A DNA stretch of 63,650 nt, filler included, from Conidiobolus incongruus B7586 (Eukaryota), in NCBI GenBank assembly GCA_000697335.1. It is 8 parts of 8 records of this genome, joined end to end, with 100 filler letters (N's around TTAATTAATTAA, not from the genome) between each part and the next. Parts side by side here need not be neighbours in the genome. Positions count along the whole stretch, not along the records: positions 10,074 to 22,206 come from JNEM01006200.1; positions 22,307 to 32,874 come from JNEM01006201.1; 6 more parts are not named here. The stretch is one strand, 5' to 3'. A program made the translations under genes and the position numbers. Position 1 is the first letter of the stretch; every line of letters begins with the position of its first letter. A model generated the notes under the pieces. It made no database searches, was not told the DNA's origin, and worked only from the letters and a program-made list of their open reading frames with translations. Shown here in pieces: positions 15,021 to 27,090 of this stretch.

Positions 15021-16369
15021 ATGTCTTCATTATCAGATCGCCAACATGATGAATTGCGCAAATCAATTTTAGATTATTTATATAATAATGGTTTAATGGA
15101 ATCTTTTGAAGCTCTTCAAAGAGAATCTAATAATGAAGATTTTATCCCTGACCCTAAATTGAGATATGCTAATTTATTGGAAAAAAAATGGACCTCAGTA
15201 ATCAGATTACAAAAGAAGGTAATTTTTATCTCTATTTTTTTTAGAAAAATAGTATATGATTAAAATTGAAATTTAGATTTTAGATTTGGAAAATAAGTTA
15301 TCAAATATGAGCTTTGAATTGCAAAGTGTTCCTTCTAAGAAGAATATGAATAATTCAGACTTCCTTCCAAAAGGTCCTGAAAAATTCACGCTTGTTGGTC
15401 ATCGTAATCCTGTTACACGTGTTATTTTCCATCCCGTTTTTGCTGTCCTTGCAACTGCTTCTGAAGATACAACTATTCGAATCTGGGATTATGAAACTGG
15501 TCAATATGAACGCAGCTTAAAAGGTCACACTAAAGCAGTTCATGATATATCTTTCGACCCTAAGGGAAATCTTCTTGTCTCCTGTTCATCTGACCTTAGT
15601 ATCAAGCTCTGGGATCTAAATAACGACTATCAATGCACTAAGACTTTGCATGGTCATGATCATACCATTTCATCTGTCAAATTCTTACCCTCTGGTGATA
15701 AAATTGTCTCTGCTTCTCGTGATAAAACTATTAAGATATGGGAAGTGTCTTCAGGATATTGTATTAAGACTTTGGTGGGACATAATGATTGGGTAAGAAA
15801 GGCTGTTGTATCTGAGGATGGAAAGTACATCGTTTCTTGTTCGAATGATCAAGTAAGTATTATATTTACGAATTTATAACTTTTTTAATTATTTGTAGTC
15901 TGTTAGAATTTGGGATTTAGCAAGTGGTGAATGTAAAACTGATATTAGAGGCCATGAAAACGTTGTTGAAACTGTTATTTTTGTTCCTGTCCAAGCTTAT
16001 CCACATATTTATACTCTTACTGGAATTAAGCCACCCACAAAGGAAGCTGCTTCGACACCTGGTCAATTTGTATTATCCGGATCTCGTGATAAAACTATTA
16101 AGCTTTGGGACTTTTCTGGCCATTTACTTCACACATTCATTGGGCATGACAATTGGGTTAGAGAATTATTAATTCATCCCAATGGTAAGTATATGTTAAG
16201 TTGCTCAGACGACAAAACGATCAGAACGTGGGAATTGTCTACTGGTCGCTGCAATAGAAATTTCGAAGGTCACGAACACTTTATCACCAGCATAGCTTTC
16301 AACCAAAATGCACCCTTCGTAGCATCAGGTAGTACGGATCAATCCGCTAAAATTTGGGAATGTCGATAA
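15021..16369 (+). CDS. PAC1: LIS1/NudF/Pac1 dynein regulator (LisH + coiled coil + WD40)
   Basis: N-terminal LisH, LLEKKWTSVIRLQKK, and WD40 repeats (GHRNPVTRVIFHP, GHTKAVHDI, GHDHTISSV). Introns 15219-15276 and 15853-15898; ends KIWECR* at 16369. Confidence 0.96.
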
Positions 16370-17151
16370 ATTGATCATTAATACCCAGAAGAATTGCACA
16401 ATTGTCAATTTTTTAAAGCATATTTTTTAATGTAAATAATACGTTTCAATATTCTTTCCGAATTTTTTAGTATCAATAAGAAAAAGTTTGCTATATCAAT
16501 TAAAATGTAATCCTTTTATTAAAATATTCTTCAAATTTTGACTAATTGTTCTCTATTAATATCTATGATAAATTTCTTTTTTAAATGATTTTTTGTGTTA
16601 CGACCCTGATAGTCTGAGAATCCAGCATTTAAACATTTCTTATTGATGTAAATTATCAACTAGAATGTATTTCTATTGAATTCAATATCCTATAATGATT
16701 AAAATTTTCTTAAATATATTATAATATTAAAACACAATGAAATTGCTAATTTTTATATAGTAATAAATATAAGTTAAATAATTCGTATTATTTTAAAATG
16801 ATTTTGATTGATTTTATACGATATAATTCAAATAATTTATTTAATATTTCAAAATAAAAATTTAATTATCAATTTCATATTATAATAATCAATAAGTCAT
16901 TCAATTTTTTATCAGCTAATTAGATATTGAATAGTTTTATTAATTCAATCATCTATAATTCCACTCTATCATGTTTAAATGATTTTATCTATTTTGTATT
17001 TTCATTATATAATAATTTTAAAATTTTTTTATTTAAGATTAAATTTAAATCAAGTTAATAATATAAATATAAATTGTTTTTTTTTAAAAAGGAAAAAAAA
17101 ATATAATAACAATATAAAAACTTAATTAAATCAATATCAAATTATTAGAAA

Positions 17152-19582
17152 ATACCCATAACCAAACCCAAGTTATACTCATTGGCTAAAAATTAAAATT
17201 AAATAATTCCGACTCAGTAGAGACTGAAGTATTTCAAATATCGGAAGAACAGATAGCTAATTTTGATAGAGTTATTATTTTTAATAATGAAGAAAATTGT
17301 GGTGTTATTGCTTATGTTCATCCCGAACGTTTGGGTTTTGTTGGGATTATTAAAAATTTATATTAAACGATATTTTAATAGAATCAAAGCAATTTATTGA
17401 GATGATGATTGAGATATTATGATTTTTTAGTTAATGAAATTGATCTAGTGGCTAAGTAGTTCATTTGACAGAAATTTCCAAAAATGGATATAATTAGACA
17501 AAAACTGTTAATGGTGTTGAAACTTTAGTTGAATTTCAAGACAACAAAGAAGTTAACCAGTGAACAGAAATTAAGGCTGAGGATAGTAAACCTAATTCAG
17601 AAAAACAATCCGAAGAAGCCAAATCTGAATCCAATGAAGAAATTGAAGCAAGAGATTATGAAGGATTAGTCAATTTATTCAACTCTGCAGAATGTCCTCA
17701 ACAATTAAACTTAGCTGAAAGGGATCAACATATCAAAGGTTTAAAATCTTTATTAATTACTAAAGATAAATCAATTGTGAAATCCAAAGTAATTACACCA
17801 TATCATTTAGTAATTATCTTTTTTCATTCTGATTTTCTTTGAAATAGAATACTCCCAACAAAGAATTAAGAGCACAAATTCATATATACGTTAAACAATA
17901 TTTTAAAAGATTATTCTATACCACTACCAATTCTGAAGATTCTTCCATTAACTTTAGTCACAAAAATAAATGCAATCAAGGTATTATTCAATTCAATGGA
18001 TAATCTTATAATATCTAATTTAATTTTGTAGATACCAAATCTACTTATAATAACAAAAATCATAATAAAAGATCCCAGGGGAATTCGAATAATGATGATG
18101 CCAAATCTGATTATCTTCACCTCAGTTTATATAAAGAAAATAGAGAAATCAACGATTTAATCGGATTTATATTTAGAATCATTAGGTACATATATAGTCA
18201 CAACAATCAATTTATTATTAATGATTTGATAGAGTTCCATTTAAAAACTTTACTTTTACTCGTACTAAAGATTGTCGAGATATTACCGCTCAAAGAATCT
18301 TGGCATTTAAAACCAATCTTCAAAAGTTACAAGGTTCAATAATGTGATTAAGAATGATGCTTTGGGCAATTTCAAGTAATTCGTCGTATATAATCATCAA
18401 ATAATTTTTATTTATGTATCATTTAGATATGAAAATAATCCTCTAAGGCTTGGTGATCTTAAAGGATATCAGTTTACTTTGATTATTAGGTAATTATAAA
18501 ATTTTTATAGATGTAATTATAAGTATCAATCGGTTATAGGAATGCCATGTTGAAAGATACTGACAATCAATCACATTCTCTCAATGAAATTATCAATAAA
18601 ATTGAAGGCAAGTTAAAGCCCTTTAAACAAGATCCATAAGTTATTAACTATTTTGGTATGCAACGATTTGGTACAACTGCCATTCCTACTTATGCTGTTG
18701 GATCCACACTATTGAACATGGACTGGAAACGTACTGTTCAATTAATCTTAGATCCAAGGGAAGGCCAGCATTCTAACGAAATTGACGCACGTAACAAATG
18801 ACGAGAAAACCCCAAAGTGGTGTGTTACTGAACGTGCTTTACTTGCCTTTTTTCAAAAATCCAACAACCAAATTACCAACTATTGCGGTGCATTGATGAT
18901 GCTTCCCAGAAATTTAAGATCGATATATCTTCACTCCTATCAAAGATATATTTGGAATCATATGGTTGATTTGAGAGTTGAAAAATTTGGCATCAATCCT
19001 GTTATCAGAGACTTAGTTCAAACTGATCCATTAAAAGATCCTATCTTGATTACTGAAGAATCTCAACTCAGTTCATAGACTTTAAAAGATGTGGTATTGC
19101 TATTACTAGGCCATCAAGTACAATACCCTAGAGTATCTGGTCTGTGTGAAGTTTATGTTGAAAAAAATGGCTCAAGATGGATTAGACCTATCTAATATGA
19201 GTCGCAATCAACGCGAATTCTCATTACCAGGAGATTATCGTCCCATAGTCATCTCGGCAAGAAATTTTGATTACGAAATATTCAAATAAAAGACGAAACC
19301 ATTCCTTTAGTCTTGAGCGATTTAGGTAAACTGAATCATAAGCCTTAACCCGATTCCACACAAGGTAAATTATCATAGGTATAGATCCCATATGAATTAC
19401 CACTTATTAAAAAAGTTTAGATGGTGACAAATTAGCCATTAAAATGAGTTTTGAATTAAATTCTTCGGGATATACTACCATGATATTAGTTGAAATTATG
19501 AAAATTACAATAGAGTGCTTTTCAAGCTTCTATCATCAAAACTTCCATTAATAATCATAATATTACTTCTAAAGAAAAATAA
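17152..19582 (+). pseudogene. PUS7: PUS7 (TruD-family pseudouridine synthase) unprocessed pseudogene; ends approximate
   Basis: Ordered motifs GFVGIIK, RYYDFLVNEID, LYKEN, RTKDCRDITAQ (18261), [27 protein letters not shown] and LPGDYR. In-frame stops at 17457, 18637, 18799 and 19076, plus frameshifts; intron-like segments are retained. Confidence 0.88.
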
Positions 19583-19681
19583 TTTAAAAGATTAGATTTT
19601 CCAATTATAGATATTTAATCCTCATCATATAATTTAATAAAATCATCCAAATTAAATAAATTTTATTATTAAATAAATAAA

Positions 19682-20981
19682 TTATAAATTTTGAGGAATT
19701 TCATAACCTTGCAATCGACGATCGATTAAATATAGCATAATACAAAATTCTTTTTGATCCAATTGTCCATCTTTGTTCATATCTACCAAATCCCTACAGT
19801 CAAATTAATATTATATTTAATAAATGCAATCAATAATACTTACCAAATATTGCCCAATGTATCACAATCTAATCGACTTCTTATCATTATATTACGTGCT
19901 TCGGGACCTAAAAATCATTGAATATACTATATCATATCATATAAAATTTATATATTTTACCCCAAATAAATCCTTCTAATTCGGTATCCAACTCTTGAAA
20001 TAGTTTTTGATATCTCATCTTATTATTCGTAGGAATTTTATCGTACCATATATCTATTAATTTGGGCTGAGGTGATTGCAAAGGTGTAAGTATAGTAGGT
20101 TGCGCTGGCAAAGTCGATCTTCTGGGCGGCAACCTTGGAGGATCATGATGAGAATTAGAGCTAGATGAACTTCTGGAAAAGGGATCTTCAACAATGGTTA
20201 AGTTTTTAAATTCAGGGTCATTTGTCATTAAGTTTTACCTTTCAAATCTGTGAACAAGTGATCCAATTGCTCCGGCTCTTCTACCGTCATAGAATCATTC
20301 CTGCGTTCTGGTAGTCTTGGAGGTTCGTCATTTATTTTTAATTTCTAACAAAAAATAAATACCTTGAATTTTTTGAATTTAGAAAATGGGTTTTACCTCG
20401 TGTAGAGGTGATTGAATCTGTCTTTTAGTCTCGTTCAAAGTAACTGACCTCTGAATGGGTTTAGGACTTAAAGATTGTTTTAAGTTTGGATTGTTATTGA
20501 TCACTGCTTTGGTTGGTGCCTCGTATTCTGATTTGTGTAATGTTTCGTCATTTACAGGACTGTTACACTTCTTCATTGAAAGTTGTGAAGAGTTATTCTT
20601 TTCTATGTCTGCCTTCAATGATTTTTCTTCATTGATTGGACTGTTACTACTCTTTCTTATTGAAGGTTGTGGAGATTTCAATTTCGATTTTAAAGATGTC
20701 AAATCTGGCTTGTTAGTTGGTATCGGGGGCGGTTTCGACTTGGTTTTGGGCTTAGAAGGTATTGGAGGTGGTGAATTTGGTTTAGCAGTATTAGTATTAG
20801 TATTATTAACAGTTGTAGTGGCTATAGTAGGTGATTTGGATTCAAATCGACTTTTAAGATCCTTAACACTTAATTGATTCTCTTCATTATTATTACTATT
20901 ACCATTAGTATGATTGTTATTAGGATTATTTTCGAATAATTTTTTAATATCTTTGATACTTTTAAATTCTTCAGTTTCCAT
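19682..20981 (-). CDS. Pro-rich, low-complexity protein with a C-terminal EH domain (Irs4/Tax4-like architecture)
   Basis: C-terminal exons give RYQKLFQELD..EGFIWGPEARNIMIRSRL...LGNIWDLVDMNKDGQLDQKEFCIMLYLI. PxxP motifs PPPIPSKP and PPRLPPRR. Introns at about 20345-20396, 20186-20238 and two further 3' ones restore the frame. Confidence 0.8.
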
Positions 20982-21261
20982 TTTTATTATGATTATTTAT
21001 ATATTCAATTTTTTATAAATAAAAAACAAAAGTCTCATTCTATTAAAATTTAATTTTAGTTGATATAATTGTTTATATTTGGTGAATTTTAATTGGTTTG
21101 ATTAGTTCCTTTAAATTTAGGTTCGTTTTCGCTATTTATCATTATTTGAACCATTTAAATAGATTTAATATTCAATATTGGGTTTCAGATTTGATAAATT
21201 GAAAAATATAGAAAAAAGGTTTATTTTTTAAATTTATTAATCATAGTAATAGTAACTATAA

Positions 21262-22020
21262 TCAAATTTGAAATCTTGTAATTTCTCTATTCTCATCCAT
21301 AAAATGCTTTCGAATAGCCCCAAGACATAAGTATTCAACTCTAGATTTGAAGGCAAATATGTAGGGTTTAATGATATAGCAATATTCTACAAGTCCATAG
21401 AATTCTATAACCAACAAAAAGATATCTAATGTACTGAAAAATGCTAGTGTAACTAGTAATTTAATTAGATTTTTCTTGCCTTTCAATCTATTACCTTCAA
21501 CTTGTTGAATTTTTTGATGGATTTTGTAGATTACATAAAAATTGATAGATAATTCGAATATTATACTATAGGTGGCAATTAATTGTTCTGATAATTTAAC
21601 GTGAAATTGGTGAGTCTCAACATTTAAAAAAGCATCCCAAACAAAATAAACTGAAAAGAATATTTGACCGAGTAGTACCATTCCATTATAACTAGATACG
21701 ATCCTAATCATACTTTTTTTACTAGAAAATACAGAAGTCTGTCTTATTAACATCAAAATAAAACTATTAATATAAATCATCCAAATGATACAAGCTACCA
21801 GGTAATACTTCCAAAGATCTTCTTCGCGCACTGGCGACATTTGAGGGATTAAAAACGAGATAATTTCGCCGGCAGCTCCGAATAAGCATAGCCAATGCAG
21901 CAGCCAACTCCAAATATCCTCAATGATCATTCCCAACATCATAAACATCAAAATTTCGTCAACTACAATAAACGCTATTAGGGATAGCATAACACACTGG
22001 ACAAATGGTAATAAATTCAT
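21262..22020 (-). CDS. Intronless seven-transmembrane (GPCR-like) membrane protein
   Basis: The ORF track starts at a GTG; the first ATG is at 22020. About seven hydrophobic segments, with a basic loop (KIHQKIQQVEGNRLKGKKN) between TM5 and TM6. Confidence 0.6.
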   Translation of the reverse strand: MNLLPFVQCVMLSLIAFIVVDEILMFMMLGMIIEDIWSWLLHWLCLFGAAGEIISFLIPQMSPVREEDLWKYYLVACIIWMIYINSFILMLIRQTSVFSSKKSMIRIVSSYNGMVLLGQIFFSVYFVWDAFLNVETHQFHVKLSEQLIATYSIIFELSINFYVIYKIHQKIQQVEGNRLKGKKNLIKLLVTLAFFSTLDIFLLVIEFYGLVEYCYIIKPYIFAFKSRVEYLCLGAIRKHFMDENREITRFQI

Positions 22021-22306
22021 TGTTTGCGATAAATACACAATTCATCAATAAAGATATTTTCTTTCATATATTGAAAATATTTATATCAAATTACTGAGAT
22101 TTTAAAATAAAACGTAGTGTTTTTAGAATGAGATTTGAATAAGGCAAAATCCAATCCGATTTCTTCATTGTGGAAATTATGAAAAAGATTTTATTTTAGA
22201 CCTCTANNNNNNNNNNNNNNNNNNNNNNNNNNNNNNNNNNNNNNNNNNNNTTAATTAATTAANNNNNNNNNNNNNNNNNNNNNNNNNNNNNNNNNNNNNN
22301 NNNNNN

Positions 22307-22698
22307 GAAAATCTATTATTTTGTATAATAATGATAAAATAAATACTTAAAGTTATAAAAAATTTTCTAATTAATAATAACTAGAAAAAAATACTATATT
22401 TAATATATTTTTTAGATTATAGTTTATATGATTATAATTGCTTTAAGAAATTAAAATATTTTCTTATCAAAAAAAACATTTATAAAAAAATTTAATTAAT
22501 TAATAAAATATTAAATTTTAGTCTTTAATAAAAAGAATTATTTGTTAAATTTTAAAAGTTTGTTAAAACTATAGCAAAGAGTTATTAATAATAAAAGAAA
22601 CTATTAAATTTATATTATATTATCATATCTATTTATTATATATCAAAATGTTTATTTATTTTTAATTATAAAAAATTCCCATTATTTAGAATATAGAG
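22307..22698 (+). mobile_element. Mariner relic, 3' end (same family as 8963-9973)
   Basis: Inverted copy of about 8963-9330, ending TTCCCATTATTTAGAATATAGAG|TA. The YSPD region has decayed to *KKILYLIYFLDYSLYDY. Confidence 0.85.
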
Positions 22699-23009
22699 TA
22701 ATATTAATAAAATCATTAAGTCAGGATTAGTGCAATATTATATATTTATAAAAAGCTATTAATTTAGGTGGGTAAGTGAATGAATTTAATATTAATAAAT
22801 AATATAAAAACTATAATATATTATAACTTTCATTTTTAAATATTTAAGTTATAATCTTTGAAAAGTGCTAAATTCTATATTCATAGCAATAATGAATCAA
22901 AAAATATAGATGTAATCTTCATATAATAATATATTATTAATAGAGTTTAATCCTTGATCTCAAATAAGAACAGAAAAATATATAAATAAATAATATTAAT
23001 AATGATAAT

Positions 23010-23900
23010 ATATGATGAGTAAATTAATAATTCATTAAAACAATCGACAATTCTGATCAATTATTTAATAATAAGGTTAAATTGAGTAAAATCTTGGCTC
23101 TAATATTGTTTAATTTCGAAAATTCCTAAAAACTAATTGAATTTGGTAAATGTAAAGGTATTTAGATTAGATGCAGGAGCATGTATTTATGTATGGATCA
23201 TCTAGAAAAAAACAGAGTTATCCAAATTAGTTTGCATTAGACTGATTTAATTCTTATTTTTTTAATTATTAAATTTGCCTTGATGCATCATTAGTTCAAA
23301 GAGTATTATCATAACTTGAGAACTTTCAACGTTTGACAAGCTGTTTTTAAAATTATAATGATTTGATACAATATGTTATATAAGATTATGTCAATTGCAC
23401 AGCTGATAAAATTTGAAGTTGGAGAATTCTCTAATCTTATTTCATCCACTTCTTACTTTAGAGTAAGCAATAACTTTCGCGATCAATGATTTTATCAATA
23501 GCTGGGGAAGAAAGTCAAATTAATAGCCAAGTACAGATTTTGATCAAATAATTTAGAGGTGGCAAAAGTTACTCAATTTAGAAATATTTAATTAAGGTTT
23601 TGAATAAAGCAATTTGATTCAATTTCAAACTTTGTCGTATGTAGATAATTGATGAAAATATGAAGAAATAACATGATATTGATCTTTATATAGGATGATG
23701 TTTATTCAAACTGACTGATATAAAAAATTGTAATGATCAATGGAGTGATTTTGTATTAATAACAACGTGATTTTTAACACCAATAAAATATATAATTAGA
23801 AAGTGAAATCATTTAATCACATCGAATATACGTTTCCTTATTTGATTGGCTAATATAACCATATAATATGAGGATTGCATTAATTACAAAATCCTCTTTG
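23010..23900 (+). pseudogene. Possible degenerate SAM-dependent methyltransferase relic
   Basis: LDAGACIYVWII at about 23167 followed by YPN resembles motif I (VLDxGxGxGxW...YPN) of fungal class I methyltransferases. Many stops; weak. Confidence 0.3.
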
Positions 23901-25415
23901 AAATTGTGGGAATGGATTAGAGAGAGTGAATTGGATAGATAAAATAGATTAAATTTTAGCTGATAAACAAAGGATGAATTAAATTACTTAGTTTAGCTTT
24001 AGTGCTGTTAAACATATCCTTAACAATTAATTCGACAATAATAATATTTGGAATAAATCAATAAAATTAACAATATTGTCCCTAATACAATTTATCAAAA
24101 TATTTAACTCAGTTCAAAACGAACTCACCTATCAATTCCAATCCCTTATCAAGCTTGAGCAAATAAAAAGTAGTTATAATGAACTAAATACTATCCAAAC
24201 TACGTGTATTTAACCCAAATCGCTATTTTTATTTATATTCTTATGTATTATATTAATTTTTTATCAATCCAGCTAAGCAATATAAGGTAATAAATTATAA
24301 TAAAATGGATTTTTCAATTAATTGTTGGGTTAAATCTTATAATATCTCCCTCCTTGAATTATCTAAAAAGAATTAATAGTTCAGATAAAAATTCAAATTG
24401 CGGTAATTTATATCTATTTATGGTAATTTTTTGGTGTTTAACTTTGATTTTCCTGTGACTTTAAATAAGAATTCTAAAATTGGACAAATTCATTATCAGA
24501 TGTTTATTATTTGTTTTCTAAAGAATAAATAATTGATATATATTTTATTGGATTTGATTTAAAAGTTGAAATAAATTATCAGAGCTATTTGACAATAAAA
24601 GTTTGAATATAATCTATTAATAATAAAAAATTATTTGATAAATATCTATTATAATATGAAAATCAAACTATTTTTATTTATATATATTAAATATTTTTTA
24701 ATATTGCCAAAGTGTGCCAAATTGAATTAATAGTTGAATAATTATAATTTCTTAAATTATATTCGGTAATAAAGAAATTATAAAGATCAAAATAAAAACT
24801 TTCACGTTATTAACATACTAAAAGTATATGTTGATAAAATAATAACTAGTTTATCAATATTATGTAAGAAAATATTTAGGAATTGAGAACTATATACTAG
24901 TAAAATGAATAACAATCTAATTTACATTCAATATAAATACTATTCAAATAGATTTTATGATAATGAAATGTATAATTTAATAATAAATCGTTTTATAATT
25001 TGTTAAATTTAAAAAAACAACATTTTTTTAATATTTTGAAATTTACAAATTATTAAAAAAAAGGAATATTCAAGTTAATTATTAATTCATTTTTATTAAA
25101 AAAATAATATAAATAAAGAAATATATAAGTACAATGTAATATTAATAAAATATTAAGATCTTTCTAAAATATATTTAAACAATATGAAATAATATTAATA
25201 TATATATATATATATTCTGAAGTAGTTTAATATCAAAAATTTAAACTTTTAATTTTGCATTAAATCAATTTAATCTGCGATGGCTCTAGCCAATTTTTAA
25301 GCAGGATTACTGTTACATTACTTTCACGCTTTTTAAATTAAGTTTGAGAATTAGAGGGTAAATGCGATAGTCTTTAAGTTACAGATATCACTAAATATTG
25401 AATATTACTATTAAG

Positions 25416-25450
<35 letters not shown>

Positions 25451-25828
25451 TAAAATGAAATAATTCAATCGAATACAGGATAATAAATCTTTATGTTTAT
25501 TAAATAAAAAAATCATTTAATTTAAAAAAAAGTTTAAATATATAGAATTCACTTTCATATGACTCCGATAATTTCCGGTAAGGTAGAGAGACTAATATCA
25601 ACTCATAGTTTTGGGTTATTTGAAACAAATCCTCTCAAGTTCAAGTTGAACTAAAATTTTACTCAATTTACTCAATGTGATGTGATAGTAATATGTTAGA
25701 GACCAGTCTCGTTTCACATCCTTTAATCATCTATAATTTTATAGTTGAATCGATTGCCCATAGTCAACTTGGAATAATATAGTTTGTTTAGTTTTCAAAC
25801 TTTATAATTTAAAATAGCTGAACTACTG

Positions 25829-25861
<33 letters not shown>

Positions 25862-26659
25862 CTAGTTAAACGGGATTATCAACATGATAATTACTTAGGT
25901 TGATATAGTATTAGAATGCGATAAAATTGGATTGGCTTGGCCTAGCTTGGTTTGGATCATCTTGTTAGTAAATGCATAAAAGTTTGATTAGTTGGGTTTT
26001 TAGTATTTTTAACTTAATCAATTCGGTCATTGTTGAAAATTTATAACTTTTAGATAATTTGAAGTCTCTGTTTTCAAGATGAGAGATATATAACTTTGAA
26101 TGTAGAGGTTTAAGTGATTCAGCTGTGTAGAATAGGAATGGGCTTAATTCAGCTGAGTTAAGTCAGAATCCAAAGCCAACATAGTAAGGGAGATTAGCAA
26201 TGGATTTTATTGGTGATGTCAACTTTTGCCTATCAAAGATCTAACAATCAAATTAGGACTTGAGTGTACAAATTCAAGTAGCTGAAAAATCAATATCACT
26301 TTGTGTAAATGAAGGTGATAAAATGCATGGTTTTAATTGGCTGGTGTAAGCTTCTGATTGGAGGATTAGCCTATTCGATGGGATGTGGACAAGTTTCGAT
26401 TTTTTTCATGTAATTTAGGTATTGAGAATTTAATTAATTCCTCCACCTGTGTGAACAGCTAACAGTTATGCTGGTATTGCCACTATATGCTCTGGAGAAT
26501 AAAGCCAGAGGAGAAGGGAGGCATCAAGTTATGACATTTCAAATGCCGATGAGTTAGGGGCACTTCTTTGAGGGGTAGGGGTAATTTATTCCTTCCTATC
26601 AGTGCTATGTTTAAATTATCAGTTGGAGAATTTCAAGTGGTGATGGTATCAATCGCAAT

Positions 26660-27058
26660 CATCTGATTGGCCCAATTTTCCTTTTGGGATTCATTTGTAT
26701 AAAAGGGGTGTCCAACCCAATTTCACACATTTAGCTTCATTTTGCTGTTCAAGTGCGGTTGTTTATACTTGTTTTCTACATCGCAGTTTGTCTACCTTAG
26801 ATATAGCTACCATTCCTTGTCTTTTGTTTCAAACATTCAAGGCTATTTTCATACTAGGTAGGTCTTCTAACTTTTGATAAGGCGTAAGCTGTTAGGATGC
26901 AGTGACTTAGATTCATTCAACATTCAATTGTTAGATATGTCAAACATATCTAACCTATCATAAATATCAATTTTTGCATATATGCTCAAAAATAAATAAA
27001 GCTCAACCTTATCATCTCCAACATTAGAGACAGGCGCTTATCATTATTGTTTGTATAG
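26660..27058 (+). promoter_or_regulatory. Putative core promoter and 5'UTR intron of the GATA-PHD gene
   Basis: ATTGG/CCAAT at 26666-26676 and TATAAAA at 26698. Candidate intron GTAGGT(26858)..TAG(27058) carries three TGATAAG sites. Confidence 0.5.
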
Positions 27059-27090
27059 ATTTTTCAAGTTGATTCATTTGTATATACCAA

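Noticed and set aside
17152..19582. Stop-codon reassignment as an explanation for in-frame stops in PUS7 and the transposons
   Set aside because: All three stop types occur together with frameshifts, and neighbouring intact genes use the standard code.
20455..20877. 140-aa hydrophobic plus-strand ORF and other shadow ORFs (3655, 15924, 17911, 27658, 27887, 31019, 34202, 34716, 35090, 40615, 40668, 41579, 41802, 50549, 51186, 54973, 56354, 59352, 59630)
   Set aside because: Antisense or alternate-frame by-products of real genes.
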